Shown: positions 44,958-54,915, numbered from the stretch's first letter. The stretch: 64,000 bases of DNA from Chthonomonadaceae bacterium (GCA_025352825.1 JANXSG010000017.1:755-64754), one strand, 5' to 3'. Notes: generated from the sequence alone by a model not told the origin. Numbers and translations are program-made.

Positions 44958-45928
44958 ATCCTATGGATGGTGATCCTGGCGCGACTCTTCAGCAGAAAAG
45001 CTTGAAACAACTGCTGGATATGTGCGACAAGGTTTTGCTAAAGCTTGCTGATCGAGAAGATCATATAGGACGATTGCTGCATGGATCCCATGTGAATGCT
45101 CGTGGTCTTTTCCTCGCCATCACCGCACTTCTCCTGGCGCTCCTGCTTCCCAGATTCGTAGAGTGGTCTCTGCGTAAAACAGGAAGAATGGAACTAAATT
45201 TCCGCGGGGATAATATTCCCCAGAGCTATGGTGCATTTATCCTTCTTTTTGGTGGAATACTACTTGCTCTTTGCAAAAATATCTATTTTCCAGCAACTCG
45301 AAACTACACAATATGGCAAACAGTGGTTATAGGTTTTGGACTTTTGGGGCTGACTGATGATATTCTAGGAGATAGGTCGATCAAAGGATTTAGCGGTCAT
45401 CTTACGTCGGTATTCAAAAATCATAGGTTAACGACAGGATTTATTAAGCTGCTAGGTGGCGGACTATTCGCGCTGTGGGCAGGATGGGTACTGGAACCGA
45501 ATTCTGTATGGCTAATTCTGTTGGATGCAAGCATCCTATCTCTCTCTGCTAATGCTTTAAACCTCCTCGATTTGCGCCCTGGTAGAGCCAGCGGTTTTTT
45601 TCTATTTGCTGCGCTAATACTATTCTGGTTTGAAGCTCCTTTCTCCGGAAATGGGGTTCCTCCACTGCTTCTTATAATAATTCCTACAGCGCTGCTCTGG
45701 ATCAAAGATTCACAAGCGCAGTGCATGATGGGGGATGTCGGGAGTAATCTTTTGGGGGCATCTCTTGGCCTCGCCCTCTGTTCCCCACCGTTTTCAGTAA
45801 GTATTAAAGTACTATTTCTGATTTTACTGATCTCACTGCATCTGCTTACCGAGCGGAAATCGCTTACCAAAATTATCGAAAACAATCGAATTCTAAGTTT
45901 TCTAGATGGATTGAATGGTGTAAGATGA
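44954..45928 (+). CDS. family 4 glycosyltransferase (MraY/WecA-like polyprenyl-phosphate sugar-1-phosphate transferase)
   Basis: Polytopic, with NALNLLDLRPG and MMGDVGSNLLG motifs. GTGA overlap with the GT2 gene. Confidence 0.7.
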   Translation: MNPMDGDPGATLQQKSLKQLLDMCDKVLLKLADREDHIGRLLHGSHVNARGLFLAITALLLALLLPRFVEWSLRKTGRMELNFRGDNIPQSYGAFILLFGGILLALCKNIYFPATRNYTIWQTVVIGFGLLGLTDDILGDRSIKGFSGHLTSVFKNHRLTTGFIKLLGGGLFALWAGWVLEPNSVWLILLDASILSLSANALNLLDLRPGRASGFFLFAALILFWFEAPFSGNGVPPLLLIIIPTALLWIKDSQAQCMMGDVGSNLLGASLGLALCSPPFSVSIKVLFLILLISLHLLTERKSLTKIIENNRILSFLDGLNGVR

Positions 45929-45997
45929 GGAATTAGAAGAGCGTAAATTATGTGAACAAACTCTAATGGAAGGATTACAGTAAAAAGGAGTTTACTA

Positions 45998-46474
45998 ATG
46001 CCCATATCGATCCGTCAGGCAGAGTTATCAGATATTCCAGTTCTCAAACGGCTAATCGAAGCACTTGCTGATTTTGAATCGCTGCCATCACCAGACAGTG
46101 AAGCACAGGCTCGTTTTGAAAAAGATGGCTGGCCACGTGATGGGAAGGCTCCCATGTTTTCCGCCTGGCTAGTAGAGCTAGTTGAAGAGAGTGTATCAAC
46201 ACATGCAATCGGATACGCGATCACGTTCAAAACCTACTCTTCATTCCTCGCAAAGCCTACGCTCTACCTGGAAGACCTTTTTATTCTACCAGAATATCGG
46301 AGGTCAGGAGCTGGAAAAGCTGTTTTTGAACATCTTCACGAAGAGGCTAATCTTATCGGGGCTGGGAGAATTGATTGGGTCGTGCTGGACTGGAATTCTG
46401 GCGCACAGAGGTTCTATCAGAAGCTCGGAGCGAAGTATTTAAAGGAGTGGCACTGCTATCGACTAAACCTTTGA
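45998..46474 (+). CDS. GNAT-family N-acetyltransferase
   Basis: RRSGAGKAVFEHL (acetyl-CoA binding Q/RxxGxG/A motif); 158 aa. Confidence 0.8.
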   Translation: MPISIRQAELSDIPVLKRLIEALADFESLPSPDSEAQARFEKDGWPRDGKAPMFSAWLVELVEESVSTHAIGYAITFKTYSSFLAKPTLYLEDLFILPEYRRSGAGKAVFEHLHEEANLIGAGRIDWVVLDWNSGAQRFYQKLGAKYLKEWHCYRLNL

Positions 46475-46488
46475 TAAAGTTTGTTCAC

Positions 46489-46541
46489 GCCCTCACCCCC
46501 TGCCCCCTCTCCTGTTTTTGGGAGAGGGGTAGGGGGTGAGG
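46489..46541. repeat. minimal C-family hairpin unit
   Basis: GCCCTCACCCCCTGCCCCCTCTCC-TGTTTTTGG-GAGAGGGGTAGGGGGTGAGG, a stem of about 22 bp. Confidence 0.85.
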
Positions 46542-46628
46542 TTAAAACATTCTCAAACATCGTGAATCTTTAGATGATGTGCGTTGTGTAAGCGCCTCAC
46601 CTAATCCTATTAGAACAAAAATACGTAT

Positions 46629-48152
46629 CTACTGCGCTCGAACGATTCTGTCCAGCTGCTCCTGCGCAACAAAAGCCACATCGGGATCACTGCTTTGCCG
46701 CAATATCTGAAGCGTGGGGCGACCTTCTACAGATCCCATGTCTCCCAAAGCCACCGCGACCCATTTCTGCCCCAATGGATTTGAAATCTGAGCGGCTTTT
46801 TGAAGTGCAGGCAGAGCATCTGAACCTTGATTTGCAAGAGACTGGGCGGCGTAGTACGCTTCTTCACCACCCTTCTGCATGGCGCGGATAAGCGCTTCGT
46901 TCGCCGCCGGCCCTATCAAGGTAAGTGCATCTCGTGCTGCTGTATTAACTTCGCCAGCCTCATCCCTGAGGGCAGAAATCAGAGGCTCAACCGCTGCTCG
47001 ATTATCTTTATATCCTAATGCCGTAGCTGCAGTGATACGGGTATCGACACTATTGGCACGGAGTGCGGCAATTAACGCAGAGTTAGCTTGAGGAGCATTG
47101 AGGGGCTGAAGAGCTTTGGCAGCCCCTAACTGAATATTCTCGATCGGGCTTTGCAATGAACTTATAAGAACGGCTATTACTGGCTCGCTAAAAGGACCTT
47201 CAGATGTTGGACGGCCAGCTAATGCAAGACTTGTTATTGCAGAAGAGCGAAGATTGTTATCATCATCGTTTAATGCTTTGATCAGGGTGGCAATTGCGGA
47301 TTTACTTGCAATTCGGCCCAGACCTGCAGCGGACTGGGATCTTGCCTCGCTGTCGTCATCGGTATTTGTAATGGCTTCTGTAAGAGCGTCTTCACAGGTG
47401 GGGGCAGCAATGAGCGCAAGCGAGCCTACAGAGATGCGTCGAACTTGAGCGGTATCGCTATGCATTGCCGTTTTGAGGGGGCCTACGGCTCCTGGATCAC
47501 CAATTTTCCCTAGGGCAGCAGCAGCTCCTCCACGTACACCCTCGTCCTTATCCTGAAGCAGGGCTATTAGAAGTGGAAGACTTTCGGCATTCGCTCCGTT
47601 TTTTACAAAAAGCTGCGATCCTAATACCGTTCCACCGTTATTTCGCGCACCACCTTCTGTCTTCATAAGTGATACAATGGCCGCGACGACACCAGGTTTA
47701 GGCCCGATTCCCCTGGATGAATTGGTCAGTGCAGCGATAGTCCCTTTTTGGACGTTGCTATCTCCGTCTTTAAGTCCAGTGACCAGCGCTTTTATGCAGG
47801 CAGGTGAATTAGCGCCTATCTTTTGAAGGGTTTGAACGATGCTGTCTTGTACAGGTTTATCTGGGTCTTTAAGAAAAGCAATACACTGCTTAACAGCTTT
47901 GTCATTAGCGAGTTCAGCCAGCGCTTCAGATGCTTTAATTCGGGTAGACATGGGTTCTCCTGTGATAGCATCCATGAACTGCTCATCCTTAATGAGTTCC
48001 GCAGCAGACGATTTTTCCATCTCAGAATTTCCACTTGCCATGCCATCCACCAGGCTGCGCATGTGGCGGCTATGCCCCACGGCCAGCCAAACTACCAGAA
48101 GCACAATCCCACCGAATATCAGATAGTTTAGATATTTGCGCACCAGGTTCAT
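46629..48152 (-). CDS. membrane-anchored HEAT/PBS-lyase-repeat protein
   Basis: ATG 48152 has a GGGAGA RBS. N-terminal TM helix, then more than 10 HEAT-like repeats (xxRxxAAxALGxIG). Confidence 0.75.
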   Translation of the reverse strand: MNLVRKYLNYLIFGGIVLLVVWLAVGHSRHMRSLVDGMASGNSEMEKSSAAELIKDEQFMDAITGEPMSTRIKASEALAELANDKAVKQCIAFLKDPDKPVQDSIVQTLQKIGANSPACIKALVTGLKDGDSNVQKGTIAALTNSSRGIGPKPGVVAAIVSLMKTEGGARNNGGTVLGSQLFVKNGANAESLPLLIALLQDKDEGVRGGAAAALGKIGDPGAVGPLKTAMHSDTAQVRRISVGSLALIAAPTCEDALTEAITNTDDDSEARSQSAAGLGRIASKSAIATLIKALNDDDNNLRSSAITSLALAGRPTSEGPFSEPVIAVLISSLQSPIENIQLGAAKALQPLNAPQANSALIAALRANSVDTRITAATALGYKDNRAAVEPLISALRDEAGEVNTAARDALTLIGPAANEALIRAMQKGGEEAYYAAQSLANQGSDALPALQKAAQISNPLGQKWVAVALGDMGSVEGRPTLQILRQSSDPDVAFVAQEQLDRIVRAQ

Positions 48153-48336
48153 CTTCCAATATCTCCCTGCAGAGCGATGTTCTGCTGCAAACATTGAATG
48201 CATTTTTGAAATTAAATAGATGAGCTAATTGCAAAAACATAACCAACGAAATGAATTTCGTCGCCGTTAAACCAGCATAATCCCGACTCTTGCAACTACT
48301 TCACATATATCATTCAAAGAGCACACGAATTCCTGC

Positions 48337-50112
48337 TTACATGACTTGCAGAGAATGCAGAAAAGTGAATGCTATAAATATCGAGGATAGAACGAGCGCG
48401 ACAGCCCACATTTTCCACTTCCGGAAATGAATAGATTGCAGCAATAGAACAAGTCCGTAGACACCACCCGTGAGCAATGCATGATGGACTGCCCGATCAT
48501 GGGATGCCAGTTGATGGCTCCCCAGTGAAGCTCCCAATACCATGCACATGACAATGGACATAAACGCGCAGGCTGCCCTCTCTGCCATTCCGATATCAGC
48601 AGCGATCCCAATGAACATCAACATGACAGACATTAAACCTGAAGCTGCAGCTGCGGATGGTACGAGCATTGCCGCCTCGTTTGAGACTAGTTGGCTTCCA
48701 CTCATCGCCACGGCAGCTATAGGCAGCAATGTGGTTAGAAACAGAGGTACAAACCATATGGCTATCTGGGAGAAGCGTGCGCGAGCTTTAAGTACCGTGA
48801 TATGAATTGGAAGTTCCACCACACCAGCGTCAGACTGCACTCTCACTATCTCACGAAAATCACCTGTTTCAAATGCACTTTCTGTATTCGCTGTCAGAGT
48901 AATTTTCTGTCTGGATCCATCAAAATGCTTTGGGAAGACTTCAAGCCAAATCGCTCCGTAAGTAACTGAACCATTCGTGTTACCTGGAACGCCTACGATC
49001 TTTACCTGCACTTTCAGAGAACGGCTATCACCTTTTCTTACAGAGCCAAAATCGAGCTTGTCGATATCTAATTGCAGTCGTGGCTGAACATTTTTTCTGG
49101 TTAATAGTGGGAATCGGCTTCCAGTCTTATGGATTGATTTTCCATTCGAACGCTGTGAAACTGCATTCAGGTCAGCGACAACTGTTCCCCCTGTATGATG
49201 ACTATTTTTATTTTCACTTTCGCGAAAGGATGGAATCGTTTCGTTCTCATCTGGGATGAGATCCGGGCGCAGAGGATTCTCCAGCAACACCAACTCCCTC
49301 AAATCAGTGCGGGCTGCAATACGAAGCAGGTCATCTCTGAACTCCCCTGCACTTTGATATCTAGTTCGCTTATCACGTGCAAGCGCTCTGTTCATACATA
49401 ATTGAAGATCCGCTTTAGGATTTTCAAGATAGACGCGCAGAGGTGTAGAGGATGTTGTTTCAAGAACTCTTTTCCATGCAAATGGATCCTTGACTTTCGT
49501 GACATGGAAGGGGCGCTGTCCGGTGAGCATCTCGTAGAGTGTCACTCCCACAGCCCAAATATCCGATTGATTATCGGATCGATCCTCTTCAGCAAAGTCC
49601 TCGGGTGCCATGTACGCATAAGTTCCTGCTCCACCGGCATAAGCATTCGTGGAGAGTATTTCAGCCAGGCCAAAATCTACTAATTTGACATCGCCGTCGG
49701 ATGTTATGAGGATGTTGGCGGGTTTGATATCTCGGTGTACTGTTTGCAGAGTGTGGGCAAATTGAAGCGCATCTAGAATCTGGGCAGCAATTTCAAGCGA
49801 TCTCCTCAGCGGCAAAGTTCCTCGTTCGCGAAGGAGTGTCTGGAGGTTCTGGCCACGGATATACTCCATATCGATTACAATTTTGCCATCGATACGATCC
49901 ACACCATTCACACGAACTATATTCGGATGGCGCAGTCGATCCATCACGCGCGCCTCTTCCAGAAATCGTGCCAGATCACCCGCCTGAACATCCACTTCTT
50001 TCAGAGCCACCTGTTTGTTGAGGAGGGTGTCTTTAGCAAGATAGACAATTCCGGAGACCCCATGCCCCAGAACATCCAGTCTTTCATATTTTCCGAGCAT
50101 TCCTAAAGGCAT
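48337..50112 (-). CDS. Ser/Thr protein kinase with Ig-like middle domain and C-terminal polytopic membrane domain
   Basis: GxGxxG, VALK, HRDIKPANIL, DFGLA and APE motifs; C-terminal 4-5 TM helices. Confidence 0.88.
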   Translation of the reverse strand: MPLGMLGKYERLDVLGHGVSGIVYLAKDTLLNKQVALKEVDVQAGDLARFLEEARVMDRLRHPNIVRVNGVDRIDGKIVIDMEYIRGQNLQTLLRERGTLPLRRSLEIAAQILDALQFAHTLQTVHRDIKPANILITSDGDVKLVDFGLAEILSTNAYAGGAGTYAYMAPEDFAEEDRSDNQSDIWAVGVTLYEMLTGQRPFHVTKVKDPFAWKRVLETTSSTPLRVYLENPKADLQLCMNRALARDKRTRYQSAGEFRDDLLRIAARTDLRELVLLENPLRPDLIPDENETIPSFRESENKNSHHTGGTVVADLNAVSQRSNGKSIHKTGSRFPLLTRKNVQPRLQLDIDKLDFGSVRKGDSRSLKVQVKIVGVPGNTNGSVTYGAIWLEVFPKHFDGSRQKITLTANTESAFETGDFREIVRVQSDAGVVELPIHITVLKARARFSQIAIWFVPLFLTTLLPIAAVAMSGSQLVSNEAAMLVPSAAAASGLMSVMLMFIGIAADIGMAERAACAFMSIVMCMVLGASLGSHQLASHDRAVHHALLTGGVYGLVLLLQSIHFRKWKMWAVALVLSSIFIAFTFLHSLQVM

Positions 50113-50164
50113 ATTACCTGCTTAACTGTAAGAGCTTGTTTCCACGAAGATTCCAGTAACTCTC

Positions 50165-51724
50165 TTAATTTGTACCTGCCGAATTTCCTGGCGAACCTTG
50201 AGGCATTACTGGAATTTTCAAAATGTGATTACTGTCGATTAAAAATATATTCCCCAGTGAATCCACAGCTATATCAGTAGGTGATTTGAGTGCACCTTTG
50301 CCAATATCTGTCATCGTTTCGGTTCCAGCTTCGTTGTACTTCTTAATCAATCTATCCTTATCGTTGATGAGATAAATATTGCCGCTGACATCCTGAGTTA
50401 TCTTGGTGTCGGTAGATTTTGAAAGTTTACTAGTTGATTTTTTCTCAGATGGAAATGGAATTCCTCGAAGAAGGCTTATCTGTCCTTTTGAATCTATACG
50501 GAGAGCCTGTCCAGTTTTCCCTACCACTATCAGCCGATCAGTGGCATCTATGAGTATTGGAATCCGCCGGACTTCATCAGGAATAAATGGAACTGCTGCA
50601 CCATATGTGAGTGCTTGATCAGTAGGACGAACACTTCTAAGATTCGGAGGTGAGACTATCGGAACTGCAGGCTTGCGAAACCAGATTACATAAATAAGGG
50701 CAGCAGCTAAGAGAACGACAAGAACTCCGAGAACGGAGGTGAGAATACTAAATTGTGAAGAATCTTTGCCAGACCGCAGCGTGGGTGATGAATCGGAATT
50801 TTGCCATGTATTTTGTTGGGAGGATGGTTGATCAACTTCAGAGTTATCGGGCTTTTCATTAAGAGCCTGCTTCCAGGACTGAGTGGGATCAGTGAGTTCT
50901 TCTTCTTCGTCCTGTTCATTGATGAAAGCGGCAATTTCGACTGGAGTAAAATCACCATATCTCATCACTACTACTGTGATGTTATCTCGGCCGCCATGTT
51001 CCAAGGCGGCATTTACTAACGTGTCGCAGGCAGATTGCACATCAGGAGCCTGTGCTAAAATACGAGCAATAGCATTATCTTTCAATTCAGTAGTGAGTCC
51101 ATCTGAGCAGAGCAGTACTGTATCACCATTCTGCAGCGGATGTGGTTCGACATCTGGCGACATATCAGATCGAATACCAATGGCTTTCGTGATGCTGTTG
51201 CGAAATGGGCTGTTCTGAGCTTCATCCCTCGTCATACGCCCCGCAATCACCTGCTGCCATACTTCGGAGTGATCCTCCGTCATCTGAAGCAGTTTACCTT
51301 CGCGAAGCAGGTAAATACGGCTGTCGCCGACATTGCCTATCGTAAGCACTCCATCGTTTACAATTGCTGCGACACAGGTAGTGCCCATACCTCGCAGTTC
51401 GTTTTTCTCAACCTGTCTCATCCACACACTGCTATTGGCTCGAACAAGACTTTCACGCAATAGTCGGGATGTGTCTATCGATGAGTCTGCGTTTCCATTG
51501 CGGCTATAGAGGTACTCTTGCACCACTTCTGGAACTGTTTGCACCACCAAAGATGAAGCAACCCCACCACCTCGGCCTCCTCCCATGCCATCAGCGACAA
51601 CTAGGAGGCTTTCCAGTTGATTATTCAGCTCTGCACGCGATAACACGGCATAACTGTCCTGATTGCTGCTGCGTTTACGCCCAATATCAGTCTTAAATGC
51701 TACCGTGATACTCAATTCATACAT
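50165..51724 (-). CDS. PP2C-family Ser/Thr phosphatase with TM helix and C-terminal NHL/beta-propeller-like extracytoplasmic region
   Basis: TDIGRKRSSNQD ... VADGMGG ... DNITVVV. One TM helix, then GNIYLIND / GNIFLIDS repeats. Confidence 0.88.
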   Translation of the reverse strand: MYELSITVAFKTDIGRKRSSNQDSYAVLSRAELNNQLESLLVVADGMGGGRGGGVASSLVVQTVPEVVQEYLYSRNGNADSSIDTSRLLRESLVRANSSVWMRQVEKNELRGMGTTCVAAIVNDGVLTIGNVGDSRIYLLREGKLLQMTEDHSEVWQQVIAGRMTRDEAQNSPFRNSITKAIGIRSDMSPDVEPHPLQNGDTVLLCSDGLTTELKDNAIARILAQAPDVQSACDTLVNAALEHGGRDNITVVVMRYGDFTPVEIAAFINEQDEEEELTDPTQSWKQALNEKPDNSEVDQPSSQQNTWQNSDSSPTLRSGKDSSQFSILTSVLGVLVVLLAAALIYVIWFRKPAVPIVSPPNLRSVRPTDQALTYGAAVPFIPDEVRRIPILIDATDRLIVVGKTGQALRIDSKGQISLLRGIPFPSEKKSTSKLSKSTDTKITQDVSGNIYLINDKDRLIKKYNEAGTETMTDIGKGALKSPTDIAVDSLGNIFLIDSNHILKIPVMPQGSPGNSAGTN

Positions 51725-51837
51725 CCCTATCTCGGCTTGTCACGCTTTACCAGCCCAAGCAGAATAATTCCATAAATACAAAACCCAAACAAAACTAAAT
51801 ATTTAACAAGACCGAGCATATTTATCCACGATTCTAT

Positions 51838-53106
51838 CTAAATCCCGCATTCGAATCTAAGTTTGATATCTCCTAAACTGAGCGCATCCCCATCAATCAA
51901 TGGTACCTTATCCCCGGGTGAAATAGGCTTATCATTGACTGCTGTAGTTACGGATCGATCCAGAGATTCGAGGTTGTAACCGCTTCCATCATGTATAATC
52001 CTTGCATGCCGAGTTGCTATCGATCTATCCGGAAGGACGACATCGTTCGTAACACCTCTGCCTATCAAGGTTTCAGATGCTAGCAAAAACGAATCGATAT
52101 CAGTTCCTCCTTCTAGCAGTATGAGTCGCGCATTGCGGGCCTTCAGTACTCTAGACGGAGGCAGAGAACTTCCCATCTCGCCAGTATTTTGAAATTGAGC
52201 GGCAGCGCCACCGAAGGCCCCGCTAGTTTTTAAAGCAGGAGTAATATGATTTTGATCTTCTAAAGACTGTACTCCACTAAGCTGAAACATCAATCGGGTG
52301 ACACCCAGCACAATCTCATCGCCATCGTGCAGAATTCGGTTATCTACTCGGCGGCCGTTTACGCGAGTGCCATTGGTGCTGTCCATGTCGTAAATCGTGA
52401 ACTGCCCGTCTTTATCCATTTCGATACGTGCATGTTTTTTTGAAATCTGGCCATCAGTCTCCACAACGATATCGTTGCCGGATTTGGGTGATCTACCAAT
52501 AGAGATCGCGCCACGAGCGACGGCATAGCGATATGGAGCACGGTTGGGAGCGTATATCATTAGGGCAGCAGAAGCGACAGAAGGCACGGTACCGCCTTCG
52601 TCCTCTTGTGAAGCAAAGGCTGAGAGACCAGCGACAGTGCGTTCTTCAAATGCGACATCATCAAGATTAGCGCTGGATAAGGCCCCTGAAGTGGCAGCTG
52701 CCGGCTCTGCTGTTGTTATTTTTGAGTTGTATCGGCACCGTACTCGCACTTTTTCTTCCGGACGAGGTCGATCTGTTGGCCCAGCCTCTGTCTCTTTGAT
52801 AGTGAAATCGAGAGAGCCACGAATATGATAGTGGTTCTGCTGGCAGTATCGTCTGATAGCGGATTCGAGCTCATCCCGATCTAAAAACGACAGCAGATAC
52901 TCCTTCTCTTCCTCGTCTGCTACTGAAATCTCCAGGATATACTGGTTGGGAACATAGACCCGATTATCAAAACCCTCTTTTCGATTATCTTCAAGAGCGG
53001 CTAGAATTTTTCTCAGGATATCCTTTGGACGAACGTCGTCACTGCCACCAAACAGACCTTCATACCATGTGCCAAACGAGCGGTTAATCTTTTCAAATAG
53101 ATCCAT
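51838..53106 (-). CDS. FhaA-like protein (DUF3662-type N-terminus, two FHA domains)
   Basis: N-terminus MDLFEKINRSFGTWYEGLFGG. Two FHA cores (IGRS..ND..SKKHARI..STNGT and IGRG..ND..ATRHARI). Confidence 0.8.
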   Translation of the reverse strand: MDLFEKINRSFGTWYEGLFGGSDDVRPKDILRKILAALEDNRKEGFDNRVYVPNQYILEISVADEEEKEYLLSFLDRDELESAIRRYCQQNHYHIRGSLDFTIKETEAGPTDRPRPEEKVRVRCRYNSKITTAEPAAATSGALSSANLDDVAFEERTVAGLSAFASQEDEGGTVPSVASAALMIYAPNRAPYRYAVARGAISIGRSPKSGNDIVVETDGQISKKHARIEMDKDGQFTIYDMDSTNGTRVNGRRVDNRILHDGDEIVLGVTRLMFQLSGVQSLEDQNHITPALKTSGAFGGAAAQFQNTGEMGSSLPPSRVLKARNARLILLEGGTDIDSFLLASETLIGRGVTNDVVLPDRSIATRHARIIHDGSGYNLESLDRSVTTAVNDKPISPGDKVPLIDGDALSLGDIKLRFECGI

Positions 53107-53177
53107 ACATAGTCCTTGTGTTCAACGCGGCGATCGTGATCGAATTTTAAGCATCGATTCGCAAATCAGAACGTTAC

Positions 53178-53206
53178 ATTATAATCTATGACGGATCACG
53201 ATACAA
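53178..53206 (-). promoter_or_regulatory. candidate sigma70-type promoter for the fhaA-PP2C-kinase operon
   Basis: On the minus strand: TTGTAT (53206-53201), 17-nt spacer, TATAAT (53183-53178). Confidence 0.4.
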
Positions 53207-53268
53207 CCAGGTTGCACGAATTGTAAAAGGATGCTCGATAGAGGTTCCCGTCGAATGTGAACATGTCA

Positions 53269-54111
53269 TCAAACATGGGATGCGTTTACATGGTTTCCGA
53301 CGGCAGTACTTTTTGCAGGATGTCGTACGGCTTTTAAACCAATCAGTCCCGCAACTACCATGAAAATGCTGATTATATGAGTGTCCGTCAGGTGCAGCCT
53401 GGGGATCAGATAAGTAGAAGTGGTGCCTGCTCTGAAGATTTCCACCACGAAACGATAGAAACCATACATCGAAATATAGGCATAGAATAGTTCTCCCACT
53501 CGATTCCCTTTTCGCTCCCAGCGAGCAAGCCAAAAGAAGAAAATAACATTAAACAGAGTGGCGTATAGTTGTGTGGGGTGGCTTGGCGGGGTTAATATGG
53601 TTGGCCCAGAGGAATTTTCATCGTGAAAACGAACTGCCCAGGGATAGTTACAGGGGCTTCCGTAGCAGCACCCATTTAGAAAACAGCCTACACGCCCGAT
53701 CGCGTATGCAATTGCCCATGCTGGCGCACATATATCTCCCACCGCAAGAAAAGAGAGTTTTCTTTTGCGGCAAAACCAGATTAAATAGAGTATTCCGGCA
53801 ATCATGCCGCCGTGAAGCGAGAGGCCACCTTCCCATAGTTTCAAGGCATCCATAGGATGCTTTCTGTAGCTTCCCCAATCTAACAGCACAAATAGCAGGC
53901 GTGCACCCAAAATACCAAAAAGCAGCCCGGAGATGCCAAGATCGAAGATTGAGTCAGGATGAATTCGGCGTGAAGAGCCTTCTGGTTCTGTTGCGATTCT
54001 CCTCTCGCATACTTTCCGGGCATACTGTAGGCCCGTCAGGAACCCAATCACCAGGAGAAGCCCATAAGCATGAACTGGAAAACTGCCTATTGTAAAAAGT
54101 GTTGGTCTCAT
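53269..54111 (-). CDS. lgt: prolipoprotein diacylglyceryl transferase
   Basis: IGRVGCFLNGCCYG and HPTQLY motifs; 280 aa. Confidence 0.92.
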   Translation of the reverse strand: MRPTLFTIGSFPVHAYGLLLVIGFLTGLQYARKVCERRIATEPEGSSRRIHPDSIFDLGISGLLFGILGARLLFVLLDWGSYRKHPMDALKLWEGGLSLHGGMIAGILYLIWFCRKRKLSFLAVGDICAPAWAIAYAIGRVGCFLNGCCYGSPCNYPWAVRFHDENSSGPTILTPPSHPTQLYATLFNVIFFFWLARWERKGNRVGELFYAYISMYGFYRFVVEIFRAGTTSTYLIPRLHLTDTHIISIFMVVAGLIGLKAVRHPAKSTAVGNHVNASHV

Positions 54112-54722
54112 GATATAGGAGGCTCTTGTGTATTCGCCGTTGGGTTGGCGGAATGTTCGAGTTGCTTATTTTTTGGGCTAATCAGGAAATGATACATCAA
54201 AAGACAAATTCCGATGGTAATGCATGAATCCGCAATATTAAAAATGGGAAAGTGTATCACTTTGAGATAGAAGAAATCGACCACGAAGCCATGCCTGATT
54301 CTATCTGCCAAATTGCCCAATGCTCCGCCCATGGCAAGCGCAAACGCAGTACCCACATGCAGCTCAATATTCGGAAGGCGATGGTAAGCGACTATCAGTG
54401 CAATGACAGCAATTACTGCGAAAGAGATAAATAGAGTGTTTCCATGCGGTAGCAGGCCCCATGCCCCTCCTGTATTGCGCGTGAGAGTAAGATTAAATAC
54501 TTCACCGAAGATAGGCCGGCTCTGTTCCCAATAGAGGGTTCGCTGAATCCAGGCTTTGCTTATCTGGTCTGCAGTGAATACCAGGAAAACTAAAGTATAG
54601 AAAACTCCGGGGTGCAGCGAACGGGTTGAGGCAGATGATAATCCCGCATCCGTTATGATTTCACTGTTTGCATTCAAAGTCATGAATCTATTATAGACGG
54701 CGGGCATCACTTTTTCAAACAA
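54108..54722 (-). CDS. lspA: lipoprotein signal peptidase II
   Basis: NTGGAWG and FNIADSCITIG motifs. 4-nt overlap with lgt. The start may be an internal ATG. Confidence 0.88.
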   Translation of the reverse strand: MFEKVMPAVYNRFMTLNANSEIITDAGLSSASTRSLHPGVFYTLVFLVFTADQISKAWIQRTLYWEQSRPIFGEVFNLTLTRNTGGAWGLLPHGNTLFISFAVIAVIALIVAYHRLPNIELHVGTAFALAMGGALGNLADRIRHGFVVDFFYLKVIHFPIFNIADSCITIGICLLMYHFLISPKNKQLEHSANPTANTQEPPIS

Positions 54723-54797
54723 TCCATTCAGGTATTTACAAAACTAACAAAGCCGGGTAGATATTTATAATTATCAAGTGGTAATTGCAATAGTCTC

Positions 54798-54915
54798 AAA
54801 GTAGTTGAAAAACTCGTTCACGCTCTCACCCCCGCCCCCCTCTCCTGTTTTTAGGAGAGGGGGCAGGGGATGAGGGCTGAAATATGCGTGTATATATGAC
54901 TTTTTCAACTACTTT
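54798..54915. repeat. C-family hairpin (54822-54877) nested inside a 15-bp perfect inverted repeat
   Basis: AAAGTAGTTGAAAAA (54798-54812) and TTTTTCAACTACTTT (54901-54915). Confidence 0.85.

Noticed and set aside
46489-46541. C-family hairpins as ordinary rho-independent terminators
   Set aside because: The strong stems are not followed by a T/U tract on either strand. Copies also occur in divergent promoter regions and inside an operon.
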